Positions 1 to 8,204 of a stretch of DNA of 24,786 nt are shown here, one piece after another. The number at the start of each line of letters is the position of its first letter. Position 1 is the first letter of the stretch. The notes under the pieces were generated by a model. It saw only the letters and a program-made list of their open reading frames with translations, did not search any database and had not been told where the DNA came from. The DNA is from a virus (taxonomy: Duplodnaviria; Caudoviricetes): the IMG/VR virus record IMGVR_UViG_3300021411_000020, positions 1-24,786 of that record. The stretch is one strand, 5' to 3'. The translations under genes were made by a program, and so were the position numbers.

Positions 1-67
1 AGCTTCTAGGTACATGCTCACTTGAGAAGTGACAGGGAGTAGCACAGTGTCACCCTCAGGTACGTAC

Positions 68-96
68 TTGACATGGACGCGTAAGCGGCCTAAGGT
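68..96 (+). promoter_or_regulatory. SigA/HrdB-type promoter, leaderless transcript
   Basis: TTGACA (68-73), 17-nt spacer, TAAGGT (91-96); ATG at 104 lies 7 nt downstream with no RBS. Confidence 0.75.
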
Positions 97-103
97 CGTT
101 GAC

Positions 104-337
104 ATGAACCAGACAGAGACCCTCGTAGCGGTCGCGGTGTGCGGCCTCCTCCTACTCCTGATCCCGCTCGTGATCGAGCTCCGATCCACTAGCAAGCGCC
201 GGACCAAGTTCTACCCGTGGCCCGTGACCGGACACGTCGCGCTCCTCGACATGGACGAGTGGGACTACGAGCTCGCTACCCAGGACTCCGACCAGTGGGC
301 CGCACAGGCGTACGCGATGTACATGGAAGATGTCTGA
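104..337 (+). CDS. small membrane protein, hypothetical
   Basis: ORF 29..337 restarted at ATG 104 (MNQTETLVAVAVCGLLLLLIPLVI..); N-terminal hydrophobic helix; start fits the promoter. Confidence 0.65.
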   Translation: MNQTETLVAVAVCGLLLLLIPLVIELRSTSKRRTKFYPWPVTGHVALLDMDEWDYELATQDSDQWAAQAYAMYMEDV

Positions 338-404
338 CCGAGAGCTCGCACCCAGCTCGATTCCGTGCTAGCTTGATCAGACACACAGAGAGAGGATCTC
401 GACC

Positions 405-719
405 ATGGCCGTCTACGTACACGCTCCGCTCCCCGGTCCGTTCACTATCTCGCACAGGATAGGCGGCCGAAGGCGCGCCAAGACCGATTACCGTGGTCTC
501 GGACTCGCCCTGGCCTTCCTGTCGATCGTGGCTCTGTTCATGACCTGGTGGGCACTCACCGTGGTCACGACCACGGTCGGGATCACGGCCGTGTTCCTCG
601 GTCTCGCCTTCGCCCCGTTCAAGGGTAAGCGAGCCTTCGGCCCGGCTACCGCGATCTTCCGGGTCTCGGTCTCGTACTGGCGGTTCATCGTCCGGGCGTA
701 CAAGAGGGTCATCGCATGA
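405..719 (+). CDS. membrane protein, hypothetical
   Basis: RBS GAGAGGA upstream; two hydrophobic segments. Confidence 0.7.
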   Translation: MAVYVHAPLPGPFTISHRIGGRRRAKTDYRGLGLALAFLSIVALFMTWWALTVVTTTVGITAVFLGLAFAPFKGKRAFGPATAIFRVSVSYWRFIVRAYKRVIA

Positions 720-862
720 AGGTCTGGGTGCTTACCTGGTCCGATGTCGACGGGCCGAACGTGCGCGTGTACTCGTCCCTGCCGCTGCTCGAAGCGGGCA
801 AGGCCTCCTATACCCCACTGGGCGCACCACACGGTGTGGACGTAGTTGAGGTGGACCAGTGA
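716..862 (+). CDS. hypothetical protein (48 aa, MKVWVLTWSDVDG..)
   Basis: ATGA overlap with the previous stop; RBS-like GAGGG; read by hand, below the ORF-track cutoff. Confidence 0.6.
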   Translation: MKVWVLTWSDVDGPNVRVYSSLPLLEAGKASYTPLGAPHGVDVVEVDQ

Positions 863-936
863 CCATTACCTGGATCCTTCTCGGCGCCCTGGTCGGTGGC
901 ATGCTCGTAGCCGGTTGGTGGGCTCAGGATGACTGA
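859..936 (+). CDS. 25-aa single-TM micropeptide
   Basis: GTGA overlap; RBS GAGGTGG; MTITWILLGALVGGMLVAGWWAQDD. Confidence 0.5.
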   Translation: MTITWILLGALVGGMLVAGWWAQDD

Positions 937-1033
937 CGAGGCCTGTACCGGAGACTGTGTTGCGTGCCCGTTTGCGTGTCACGCCGAAGCTGAACCCAAG
1001 ATCGAGGTGATACCTAATGTCAGTGAAGCTTGA
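929..1033 (+). CDS. 34-aa Cys-rich micropeptide
   Basis: MTDEACTGDCVACPFACHAEAEPKIEVIPNVSEA; fills the gap between neighbours with short overlaps. Confidence 0.4.
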   Translation: MTDEACTGDCVACPFACHAEAEPKIEVIPNVSEA

Positions 1034-1322
1034 TTGGGATGGAGACTCAACTCACGATCTCGTCACTAAGCAGTTTTACGAGACAACTCGCGGCCTGTTT
1101 TTCATCGTGACGGAAGCGATCCTCCCGCTCGGGTACGAGGCTCGGATCATGAGCAAGGCGTACGAGACCATGGTGTTCTCCCGCCACCCGTCCAGTCCCG
1201 AGACCGCAGAGCGCGAAGCGATCGCCGAAATGACTCCGATCTGGCTCAAGATCCAGGCCGAGATCCAGGAGGACGAAGACGCTGAACGCGCCTACCTTGC
1301 GGGTGAGGACGAAGCAGAGTAG
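1017..1322 (+). CDS. hypothetical protein
   Basis: 101-aa ORF, RBS GAGGTGA, acidic C-terminus. Confidence 0.7.
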   Translation: MSVKLDWDGDSTHDLVTKQFYETTRGLFFIVTEAILPLGYEARIMSKAYETMVFSRHPSSPETAEREAIAEMTPIWLKIQAEIQEDEDAERAYLAGEDEAE

Positions 1323-1394
1323 ACTTATCGGAAGCCCTAGGCCGTGAGCCCTAACCGGGTACGCGGTCTGGTGGCATGTGCAAAGGAGGTCGCT

Positions 1395-1439
1395 ATGATC
1401 GCTGATGTAGATACCACCAAGGGGGTGATCCGAGTCTAA
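1395..1439 (+). CDS. 14-aa leader/micro ORF
   Basis: Strong RBS AAAGGAGGT; MIADVDTTKGVIRV; TAATG coupling to the next gene. Confidence 0.4.
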   Translation: MIADVDTTKGVIRV

Positions 1440-1672
1440 TGGCAGTCTCCGGACTCCAATTCGGGCGCGGTTCCGCGCTCTGGCGGTATTGGACTACGGG
1501 CCTTGGTCAGGCCAAGTGGCTGACCTCGCCCGAGCCTTGGACCACGCTCCGTGCCTTGCTCGTCAAGGCCGGAGTGCCAGTCCTCCAAGCACCCGGTCTC
1601 GCAACAGAAGTAATGAGGGCTACGCCCGAAGGGCGGGCCGCGTTTAAGCTTCACCACCCGAACAAGGGATGA
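1439..1672 (+). CDS. hypothetical protein
   Basis: 77-aa ORF in operon orientation, ends 4 nt before the glycosyltransferase. Confidence 0.55.
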   Translation: MAVSGLQFGRGSALWRYWTTGLGQAKWLTSPEPWTTLRALLVKAGVPVLQAPGLATEVMRATPEGRAAFKLHHPNKG

Positions 1673-1676
1673 ACCC

Positions 1677-2339
1677 ATGGCCCCGCACACGATTGTCCTT
1701 ACCAACGGCCGCAAAGACTGCCTAGAGCAGATGTTTGCCTCTTACGAGAAAAACGTCGCGGGCGCGGCCCCGGGCACGATCGTTGACGATTCCGGAGACC
1801 CCGGGTACAGGCAGTACTTGTCTCAGACCTACCGAGACTGGCAAGTTTACGCGGTGGCGGACAGGGCAGCAGGATACTCCACAGCCATGCAACGCGTCTG
1901 GGCGCTTGCATCCCAGCATCTGAACGTGTTCCTGGTAGAGGACGACTTCGTGTTCACTCGACCGGTGGACCTGTCTTGGCTGCAAGGTCTCCTGGACACG
2001 GAGCAACATCTATCTCAGGTCGTCCTCCTGCGTCAACCGTGGTTCCCAAACGAGATCGAAGCCGGAGGCCTGATCCAGGCTCTCCAGGCCCGTGGTGAGG
2101 ACGTTACCCCGAACACGAACGGTACCGACGTGTGGTTTGAGCACCAGGCAACCTGGTCCTCAAACCCGACCGTGTTCCGAGGAGGAGCTTGGGTTCGTCA
2201 ACACCCTTGGCCTTCAGGGGAGGGGTCCGAATATCGGTTCGGTCGCCAACTTGTAAGCGAAGATTACTACTTTGCCTACTATGGCGACGACATCGAGTTT
2301 GTAGAGCACATCGGCCAGCGATCGGGATTTGGACATTGA
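1677..2339 (+). CDS. glycosyltransferase, GT2-like (GT-A fold)
   Basis: IVLTNGR N-terminal strand, IVDDSGD, VFLVEDDF (DxD-like), C-terminal VEHIG. Confidence 0.8.
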   Translation: MAPHTIVLTNGRKDCLEQMFASYEKNVAGAAPGTIVDDSGDPGYRQYLSQTYRDWQVYAVADRAAGYSTAMQRVWALASQHLNVFLVEDDFVFTRPVDLSWLQGLLDTEQHLSQVVLLRQPWFPNEIEAGGLIQALQARGEDVTPNTNGTDVWFEHQATWSSNPTVFRGGAWVRQHPWPSGEGSEYRFGRQLVSEDYYFAYYGDDIEFVEHIGQRSGFGH

Positions 2340-2917
2340 GCGTCGCTATCTGTATCCCGTGGCGATCCGCGCCCAAACGCGAACCCCTACTGCGAGCCGT
2401 GCTAGATACTCTGCTCGGGTTTTCCGTGTACTTTGGTGAGTCAGATCCGGGGGAATTTTCTCGCTCCCAAGCAGCCAACAGGGCGGTGGGCCAAGCCCTC
2501 GACGCGGGCCACGATGTGGTCGTGGTCAATGACGCAGACACGATTTCTACCCGACGCTCGCTGCTCACTGCCATTGAACTCACCCGAGAAGACGGCGAGC
2601 CCCGGCTACCGTATGACGAGTACGTTCTTATGGACCAAGCCCAAACCGACCTGTACTCGGTCACGGGGCTTCTCCCCAACGGACCCACGTACGACAACGC
2701 GTGTTCAGGCGTACTTGTCTTTCGTGCTGATTCCTGGCGAGAGATCGGCGGGTTTGACGAGCGCTATCGTGGTTGGGGGCATGAAGACTCGGATATGGGT
2801 GTTCGCGCTCAGTTCGCGCGAGTGCCCGGACGGGTCTGGTCTCTCTGGCATGAGCCAGATGATCGATCCGTATCCAACCCGAGGAACCTCAAGATCTTTA
2901 ACGACACACACCACTGA
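2336..2917 (+). CDS. glycosyltransferase, GT2/GT7 galactosyltransferase-like
   Basis: Probable TTG start overlapping the previous TGA (MSVAICIPWR); FSRSQAAN, VVNDAD, GGFDERYRGWGHED, WH motifs. Confidence 0.85.
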   Translation: MSVAICIPWRSAPKREPLLRAVLDTLLGFSVYFGESDPGEFSRSQAANRAVGQALDAGHDVVVVNDADTISTRRSLLTAIELTREDGEPRLPYDEYVLMDQAQTDLYSVTGLLPNGPTYDNACSGVLVFRADSWREIGGFDERYRGWGHEDSDMGVRAQFARVPGRVWSLWHEPDDRSVSNPRNLKIFNDTHH

Positions 2918-2918
2918 C

Positions 2919-2949
2919 GAGGGCCCGACTCCGGTCGGGTCTTCTCTTT
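2919..2949 (+). terminator. intrinsic terminator
   Basis: GAGGGCCCGAC-TCCG-GTCGGGTCTTC stem followed by TCTTT. Confidence 0.7.
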
Positions 2950-2982
2950 AGCCCTGATGCTAGCATCCTAGAAAGCTAGGCC

Positions 2983-3276
2983 ATGGCCACGAACTGGAAC
3001 CGGGACAAGCGCGAGGACCGAGAGTACTTCTCGTCCACGGAAAGCCGAGCGGTCCTCAGACGCGACCGGTTCAAGTGCTACCAGTGTGGCGAACGCGCGA
3101 CCGAGGTCGATCATATCGTTCCGCAGGCTGAGGGCGGCCCTCACGAACCCGAGAACGCGGCCGCTATCTGCGGACCGTGTCACAAGACAAAGTCCCGTGC
3201 TGAGGCCCTCAGGGGCTACAAGCGCAGACAAGCCAAGCTCCGGCTCCCAGAAGACCCACATCCTTTCTACTCTTAG
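2983..3276 (+). CDS. HNH endonuclease (packaging-associated)
   Basis: VLRRDRFKCYQC..EVDHIVP..GG..N..CGPCHKTK; directly upstream of the terminase genes. Confidence 0.92.
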   Translation: MATNWNRDKREDREYFSSTESRAVLRRDRFKCYQCGERATEVDHIVPQAEGGPHEPENAAAICGPCHKTKSRAEALRGYKRRQAKLRLPEDPHPFYS

Positions 3277-3288
3277 GGGTTGATCCCA

Positions 3289-3720
3289 ATGCCAGGCTCA
3301 CCGATGAAGCGTTCTGACGAGAAGATGGGACGACCCCACTCCGCTGCTGGCTCTCCCTCGAACGTAGACAAGATCGAGTTCGTGGCGGACCTGACCATCC
3401 CGGAACCCGGTCCTGATTGGGCACCGATCACGCTGTACGCGTGGCAGGCCTATCTCAACTCCCCCGGCTCGATCTACTACTCGGAGACGGACATTACCTA
3501 CGGCTGGATCACGTGCGAGGCTATCAACGTAGCCGTGCGCGACGGTTCGGCCATGAAGATGGCCGCTGCCGATTCCATGATGAGAGCGGCCCTGTTCAAC
3601 GAAGCGGACCGGCGCAAGGCCCGTATCGAGTACACGCGTAAACCCGTGGAAGCAAACCCGGAAGCGGACGCGAACATAGCCGAGTACCGTGCTCGGAGAG
3701 CGGCCCGCGCTTCCGAATAG
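3289..3720 (+). CDS. terminase small subunit
   Basis: Position between HNH and TerL; MPGSPMKRSDE N-terminus, PEPGPDW..W, EADRRKARIE as in actinophage TerS; alternative TTG start at 3280. Confidence 0.8.
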   Translation: MPGSPMKRSDEKMGRPHSAAGSPSNVDKIEFVADLTIPEPGPDWAPITLYAWQAYLNSPGSIYYSETDITYGWITCEAINVAVRDGSAMKMAAADSMMRAALFNEADRRKARIEYTRKPVEANPEADANIAEYRARRAARASE

Positions 3721-3736
3721 CCCTGGAGGCTGACCC

Positions 3737-5320
3737 GTGCCCGCGATCCGAATCCGCCCTAACCGGCCACCAGCTCAGCGAACTCTCGGTCATGCGGCTA
3801 TCGAATGGGCGATGCTCAACCTCGTACACGCGGTCACGGGCCTACCTTGGGTTCCTCTCCCGGAACACGAGCGGTTCATAGAAACGTACTACGAGATCGA
3901 CGAGCACGGTGATTGGCGCTACTCCCGCGCGTACATGCGCCGAGCCCGAGGTACTGCCAAGTCCCCTCTCGCGGCAGTCCTTTCGGCCATTGAACTCTGC
4001 GGACCCTGCCGGTTCGGGGGTTGGGATGAAGACACCCTCCCGATCGCTATCCCCGAGCCCGCGCCTTGGTGCCAGATCATGGCGACCTCGGTGCCGCAGA
4101 CTCGGGCGATCTTCGATATCGTGGCAAACTCGTTCTCGCCACAGGCAATTATGGACTACGGCCTGGAGATCGGCAAGGAACAGATCACTAAAGCGTCCTC
4201 TCCCCGAGGTCGGCTTGAAGTCATCCCGAACAACGCTCGCGCACTTCGTGGCGCGAGGCCCACGTTCATCGCCGTAGACGAGACCTCAGAGCTTGTAAGC
4301 GGCAACGGGGGACACGCGTCCATCACTCGTATCGACGGTAACCTAGATAAGAACCCGGGCGGACGCGCTCGCAGGCTGGACCTGTCGAACGCGTACGTTC
4401 CGGGAGAAGACTCGGTCGCCGAACGTGTCACTGTCGCGTGGGGGAAACAGGTACAGGCATGGGGATACTCGCACGTGCTCTTGGACTCGCTCGAAGCGGA
4501 CCCGAACCTGAGACTCACGGACGAAAACGAGCTTAGGGAAGCTATCCGGCAATCGTCCGGAGACGCTACCTGGCTTAACGTGGAACGCCTGGTCCGTACC
4601 GCGAAGGACCCGGACAAGGCGGTATCCCACTTCCGCCGAGAACACCTGAACCAGATAACGTCCGAGGAAGACTCCCTTATCTCAGCCCAGGCTTACGACC
4701 GGCGCGCGACGTGCACGGCCTTGCTTCCGGGAGAGAAGGTCGTCCTCGGTTTCGATGGGTCACTATCCGGAGACGGGACGGCGCTGGTCGCCTACCGCAT
4801 GTCGGATCGATCCTTTCACCTTCTCCACTACCAAGAGCCGGATCCTCTGGAGCCGGACTGGAAGGTGGACGAGGAAGCTGTAGACGACGCGTTCCGCGCG
4901 GCTATGGCCAAGTACACCGTACTCGCAGCCGGTTGTGACGTGCACCCGTTCGAATCATGGGTACTCGCCTGGAACCGGGACTTCGGCGCGAAGATGAAGG
5001 CAGAAGCGTCCACCTCGGGTCCATTGATCCGGGACAACCGCGCTGCCAGGCGAGACCTTACCCTTGGTTGTGAGTCACTGGTTGGCGAGATCAACTCGGA
5101 GAAGATCGGATTCGCCGAGAACTCAGTACAGATGCGGCAGCACTGGCTCAACGCTAAGAAAGCGGAGAACCGGTACGGCATCAATTTCCGAAAGGAAACA
5201 AAGAACTCGGTCAGACGCGTGGATATCGTTGCAGCCTCGCTCATGGCCTACCTTCTCTCCCAGAAGCTGGACGCTATCGCAGAGAAGAAACCAAATCGGG
5301 GACACGCCTACGGCTGGTAG
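3737..5320 (+). CDS. terminase large subunit
   Basis: Walker A-like RARGTAKS, Walker B IAVDE, nuclease LGFDGSLSGDGTAL, C-terminal VDIVAASLMA. Confidence 0.95.
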   Translation: MPAIRIRPNRPPAQRTLGHAAIEWAMLNLVHAVTGLPWVPLPEHERFIETYYEIDEHGDWRYSRAYMRRARGTAKSPLAAVLSAIELCGPCRFGGWDEDTLPIAIPEPAPWCQIMATSVPQTRAIFDIVANSFSPQAIMDYGLEIGKEQITKASSPRGRLEVIPNNARALRGARPTFIAVDETSELVSGNGGHASITRIDGNLDKNPGGRARRLDLSNAYVPGEDSVAERVTVAWGKQVQAWGYSHVLLDSLEADPNLRLTDENELREAIRQSSGDATWLNVERLVRTAKDPDKAVSHFRREHLNQITSEEDSLISAQAYDRRATCTALLPGEKVVLGFDGSLSGDGTALVAYRMSDRSFHLLHYQEPDPLEPDWKVDEEAVDDAFRAAMAKYTVLAAGCDVHPFESWVLAWNRDFGAKMKAEASTSGPLIRDNRAARRDLTLGCESLVGEINSEKIGFAENSVQMRQHWLNAKKAENRYGINFRKETKNSVRRVDIVAASLMAYLLSQKLDAIAEKKPNRGHAYGW

Positions 5321-5345
5321 ATCTGGCTGAGCGAAGGGACAACGC

Positions 5346-6806
5346 ATGAGTTTCGAAACGCTCTCACTCCTACAGGGAGTAAACGAAGGTATCTGCCTCA
5401 ACTACTTCCTTTACTTCCGGGCCCACCAGACTCCGCGCAATACCTCGCTCATGGCTCCACCCGAATACCGGTACGCGTACTTCACTTCTATCTCGTTCTG
5501 CCGCGTAGCTTGCCAGATCCTCTCGGAACGGATCGAACTCAACACGATCCAGACCGACTCCAAGCCCGCTACCGAGTTCCTTCAGAAGACCCTGAAGGCT
5601 AACGGTGGTGCGGACATGATGAACCAAGCTCACCTTTCCGCTATGGAATACGGCCGCGCTTACCTGATCCCATCGGGCGGTGACCGTGAAGACGGTACGC
5701 CCGTGATTCAGGTCGTTCAAGCCCGGGACATGGTCCACGCAATCGACCCGTACACGGGTGAGGTAGTGGAAGCTCTCCGAGTCTATGGCCATCACCGTGA
5801 GAAGCGCGCGTATTACACCCAGGACAAGACTACGTACCTGATCTCGTCCGGGGACGGTTGGGTCCCTGACCCGAACGCGCCCGAGACACCGACCGTGACC
5901 GGTAAGTGCGCCGTGTTCCCGCTCATGTGCCGCCAAGATATCGGCAAGCCATGGGGCCGACCCGAGTCCAAGGACGCGTTCAAGCTCCAGGACGCCGCGT
6001 GCCGCGTCGCCACGGACATGTCCATCGCGTCCGCGACGATGGCCACCCCTCAGCGTGTGCTGTCCGGGGTCGAGCCCGAGGACTTCCAAGAGAAGAACCC
6101 GGACGGAACCCCCAAGCTGGACGCTGACGGGAACCCGGTCCTGACCACGGGCGATCAACTGTACACGTCCCGGCTGTTCACGCTGTCGGATCCTCTGGCC
6201 AAGATCGCAGAGTTCACGGCAGCCCAGCTTCAGAACTACTCGATCGCCCTGAACTCGATCACTCGTCAGGCCGCGGCTATCTTGGGCGTTCCTCAGTCGA
6301 TCTTTGGCGTGGCCTCAGACTCTAACCCGGCGTCGGGCGACGCCATGACACAGGACGATGCTCGTTTGGTCCGGAGGGCCGAACAGCTGACCCGTGGATT
6401 CGAGCCCGGTTGGCGTTCTTTGTTCGATTTCATCCTAGAAACGAACGGGTTCGCGGACCAGTCCGATACCATTGTCCTCCGCTGGTACAACCCCCAGCTT
6501 CCGAACCTGGCCAGCCGCGCAGCGGCTGTGTTCCAACTTGCTGCCGTGGTCACGGACGGGAAACCGCTTTACGACTGGGACGCGCTCCACCAGCTTCTCG
6601 GAGACGACCAGGTAGACGTTGATGCCATGCGGGATCGTATCGAAAAGACCCAGATCGAGAACGCGCTCTTGGGGGCAGCGGCGCCCGCTCCGGCGGAACG
6701 CCTTCTCCCTGCTCGTGGGAAGTTCGACACCATCCCGCCCACACCCAAAGAACCGCCCACGGGTACGGCCAATCCGGCTCAATCCCCTAACCCGGCTAGC
6801 CATTGA
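5346..6806 (+). CDS. portal protein (SPP1 gp6-like)
   Basis: 486 aa after TerL; YGRAY, PWGRPE, NPASGDAM motifs. Confidence 0.9.
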   Translation: MSFETLSLLQGVNEGICLNYFLYFRAHQTPRNTSLMAPPEYRYAYFTSISFCRVACQILSERIELNTIQTDSKPATEFLQKTLKANGGADMMNQAHLSAMEYGRAYLIPSGGDREDGTPVIQVVQARDMVHAIDPYTGEVVEALRVYGHHREKRAYYTQDKTTYLISSGDGWVPDPNAPETPTVTGKCAVFPLMCRQDIGKPWGRPESKDAFKLQDAACRVATDMSIASATMATPQRVLSGVEPEDFQEKNPDGTPKLDADGNPVLTTGDQLYTSRLFTLSDPLAKIAEFTAAQLQNYSIALNSITRQAAAILGVPQSIFGVASDSNPASGDAMTQDDARLVRRAEQLTRGFEPGWRSLFDFILETNGFADQSDTIVLRWYNPQLPNLASRAAAVFQLAAVVTDGKPLYDWDALHQLLGDDQVDVDAMRDRIEKTQIENALLGAAAPAPAERLLPARGKFDTIPPTPKEPPTGTANPAQSPNPASH

Positions 6807-7678
6807 ACACGGCTAAGTTTCGACGGGCTAAAGAACTCGTCTACTCGAACCTAGTGTCTCAGATCGCGCTTAAGGTGGCCCGGTACATCGGCTTGCCCGT
6901 GACTCCGGGCCTCCTCCAAGCGCTGCACAAGGACACTAAACCGATCGTAGACGCTGGTCGGAACAAGGCACAGGCCGTTGCTTATCAGGATTACCTCGTG
7001 TTCATCAAGAACGTGGACCCCGTACCTCGTCTGGAACTCAACCGATTCACGGACGAGCTTTGGGCGGGGTCCCTGGCGAAGCTGACCAAGGACCAGGAAC
7101 TGTTCACGCCTCACGTAGCGGTTGATGTCGCGCTCAGGTCCGATTACTGGGCTCGGGACGCTGAGTGGGGACAGCGTGTGGACTCTGCTAAACGGGATAA
7201 CCGTATCGGCAAGGTCGCACGAGTAGACCACGAACCGCCCACGTGCGCGTACTGCACACTGCTGAACTCGCGAGGAGCCGTGTACCTATCCGCGGACACG
7301 GCCGCGCGCACGCTTCACGTAGCGGACACGTGCTCACTCGAATTCGTGGCCAAGGGCTCTACCGATTACCCGGGTAAGGCACTCTCCGAAGCGGCTTTGG
7401 TCAAGTACAAGGAAGCCGCGAAGCGAGCTAATCCCCCGACCACGGATAATATCCTCCGTGAACTGAATAAGGCCGGTTCTTCGGACAACACCCCCGGTCG
7501 TGTTCGAGCCCATGCCCAAGACCGGGTAATGGCCAGTGCCGAAGGCAAGCTCCAGGAAGCCCAGGCGCGGGTTCACGCTCTGGAGATTATGCAGCCCACT
7601 TCAGAATCGGCCCGTCTCCACAAAGACAAACTTCTCGCCCGCTATCGCGGGCTAGTCGCCCAGCTAACAAGGGATTGA
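6803..7678 (+). CDS. capsid maturation protein (actinophage protease/MuF-like annotation)
   Basis: Between portal and scaffold; ARV..TCAYCTLLNSRGAVY..H..C motif. Confidence 0.7.
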   Translation: MNTAKFRRAKELVYSNLVSQIALKVARYIGLPVTPGLLQALHKDTKPIVDAGRNKAQAVAYQDYLVFIKNVDPVPRLELNRFTDELWAGSLAKLTKDQELFTPHVAVDVALRSDYWARDAEWGQRVDSAKRDNRIGKVARVDHEPPTCAYCTLLNSRGAVYLSADTAARTLHVADTCSLEFVAKGSTDYPGKALSEAALVKYKEAAKRANPPTTDNILRELNKAGSSDNTPGRVRAHAQDRVMASAEGKLQEAQARVHALEIMQPTSESARLHKDKLLARYRGLVAQLTRD

Positions 7679-7682
7679 TTCC

Positions 7683-8135
7683 ATGCCTGAAACCGGATCG
7701 CTCGAAGGCTTCCCGCCCGAGGCAGTGACCTATATCAAGGATCTTCGCAACGAAGCGGCCCAGTATCGCACGGAGCGGAACGAGGTCCGAGCCAAGTACG
7801 AGGAAGCCGGGTCTCTGCTCAAGGACGCGAACACGAAGCTGACCGAGCTTGGTTCGCTTCAGGAGACGCACGAGAAGACCCTGACCGAGAACGCCTCTCT
7901 GGCCGACAAGTTCAACCGTCTCTCGGTCGCTGCCAAGTTCGGTATCGCGGATCACGCGGACCGGCTCAAGGGTGCGACCGTGGAAGAGTTGGAGACGGAC
8001 GCAAAGACCCTTGCCGACACGTTCGGTAAGCAGGGCCCTCCCCGTCTGGGTAAGGATCCGGCCGCTGGCCAGGACTCTAACGGGCCCAAAATTGACCCTG
8101 TGATCGAAGCGTTCAAGCGCGCAGGGGTGCTCTAG
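7683..8135 (+). CDS. scaffolding protein
   Basis: IKDLRNEAAQYR, coiled coil, RLKGATVEELETDAKTL. Confidence 0.88.
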   Translation: MPETGSLEGFPPEAVTYIKDLRNEAAQYRTERNEVRAKYEEAGSLLKDANTKLTELGSLQETHEKTLTENASLADKFNRLSVAAKFGIADHADRLKGATVEELETDAKTLADTFGKQGPPRLGKDPAAGQDSNGPKIDPVIEAFKRAGVL

Positions 8136-8204
8136 ATAAGAGCTTGATGCTCGCGTTTATAAGTTCGGCGCACATCCGCGCTCTTATCGAAAGGACCTAG
8201 CCTA

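Noticed and set aside
2189-2335. N-terminal extension of ORF 2189..2917
   Set aside because: It overlaps the upstream GT by about 150 nt; the GT fold begins at TTG 2336.
2983-3276. HNH as a mobile homing endonuclease
   Set aside because: Its small size and position next to the terminase fit the ordinary packaging-associated HNH.
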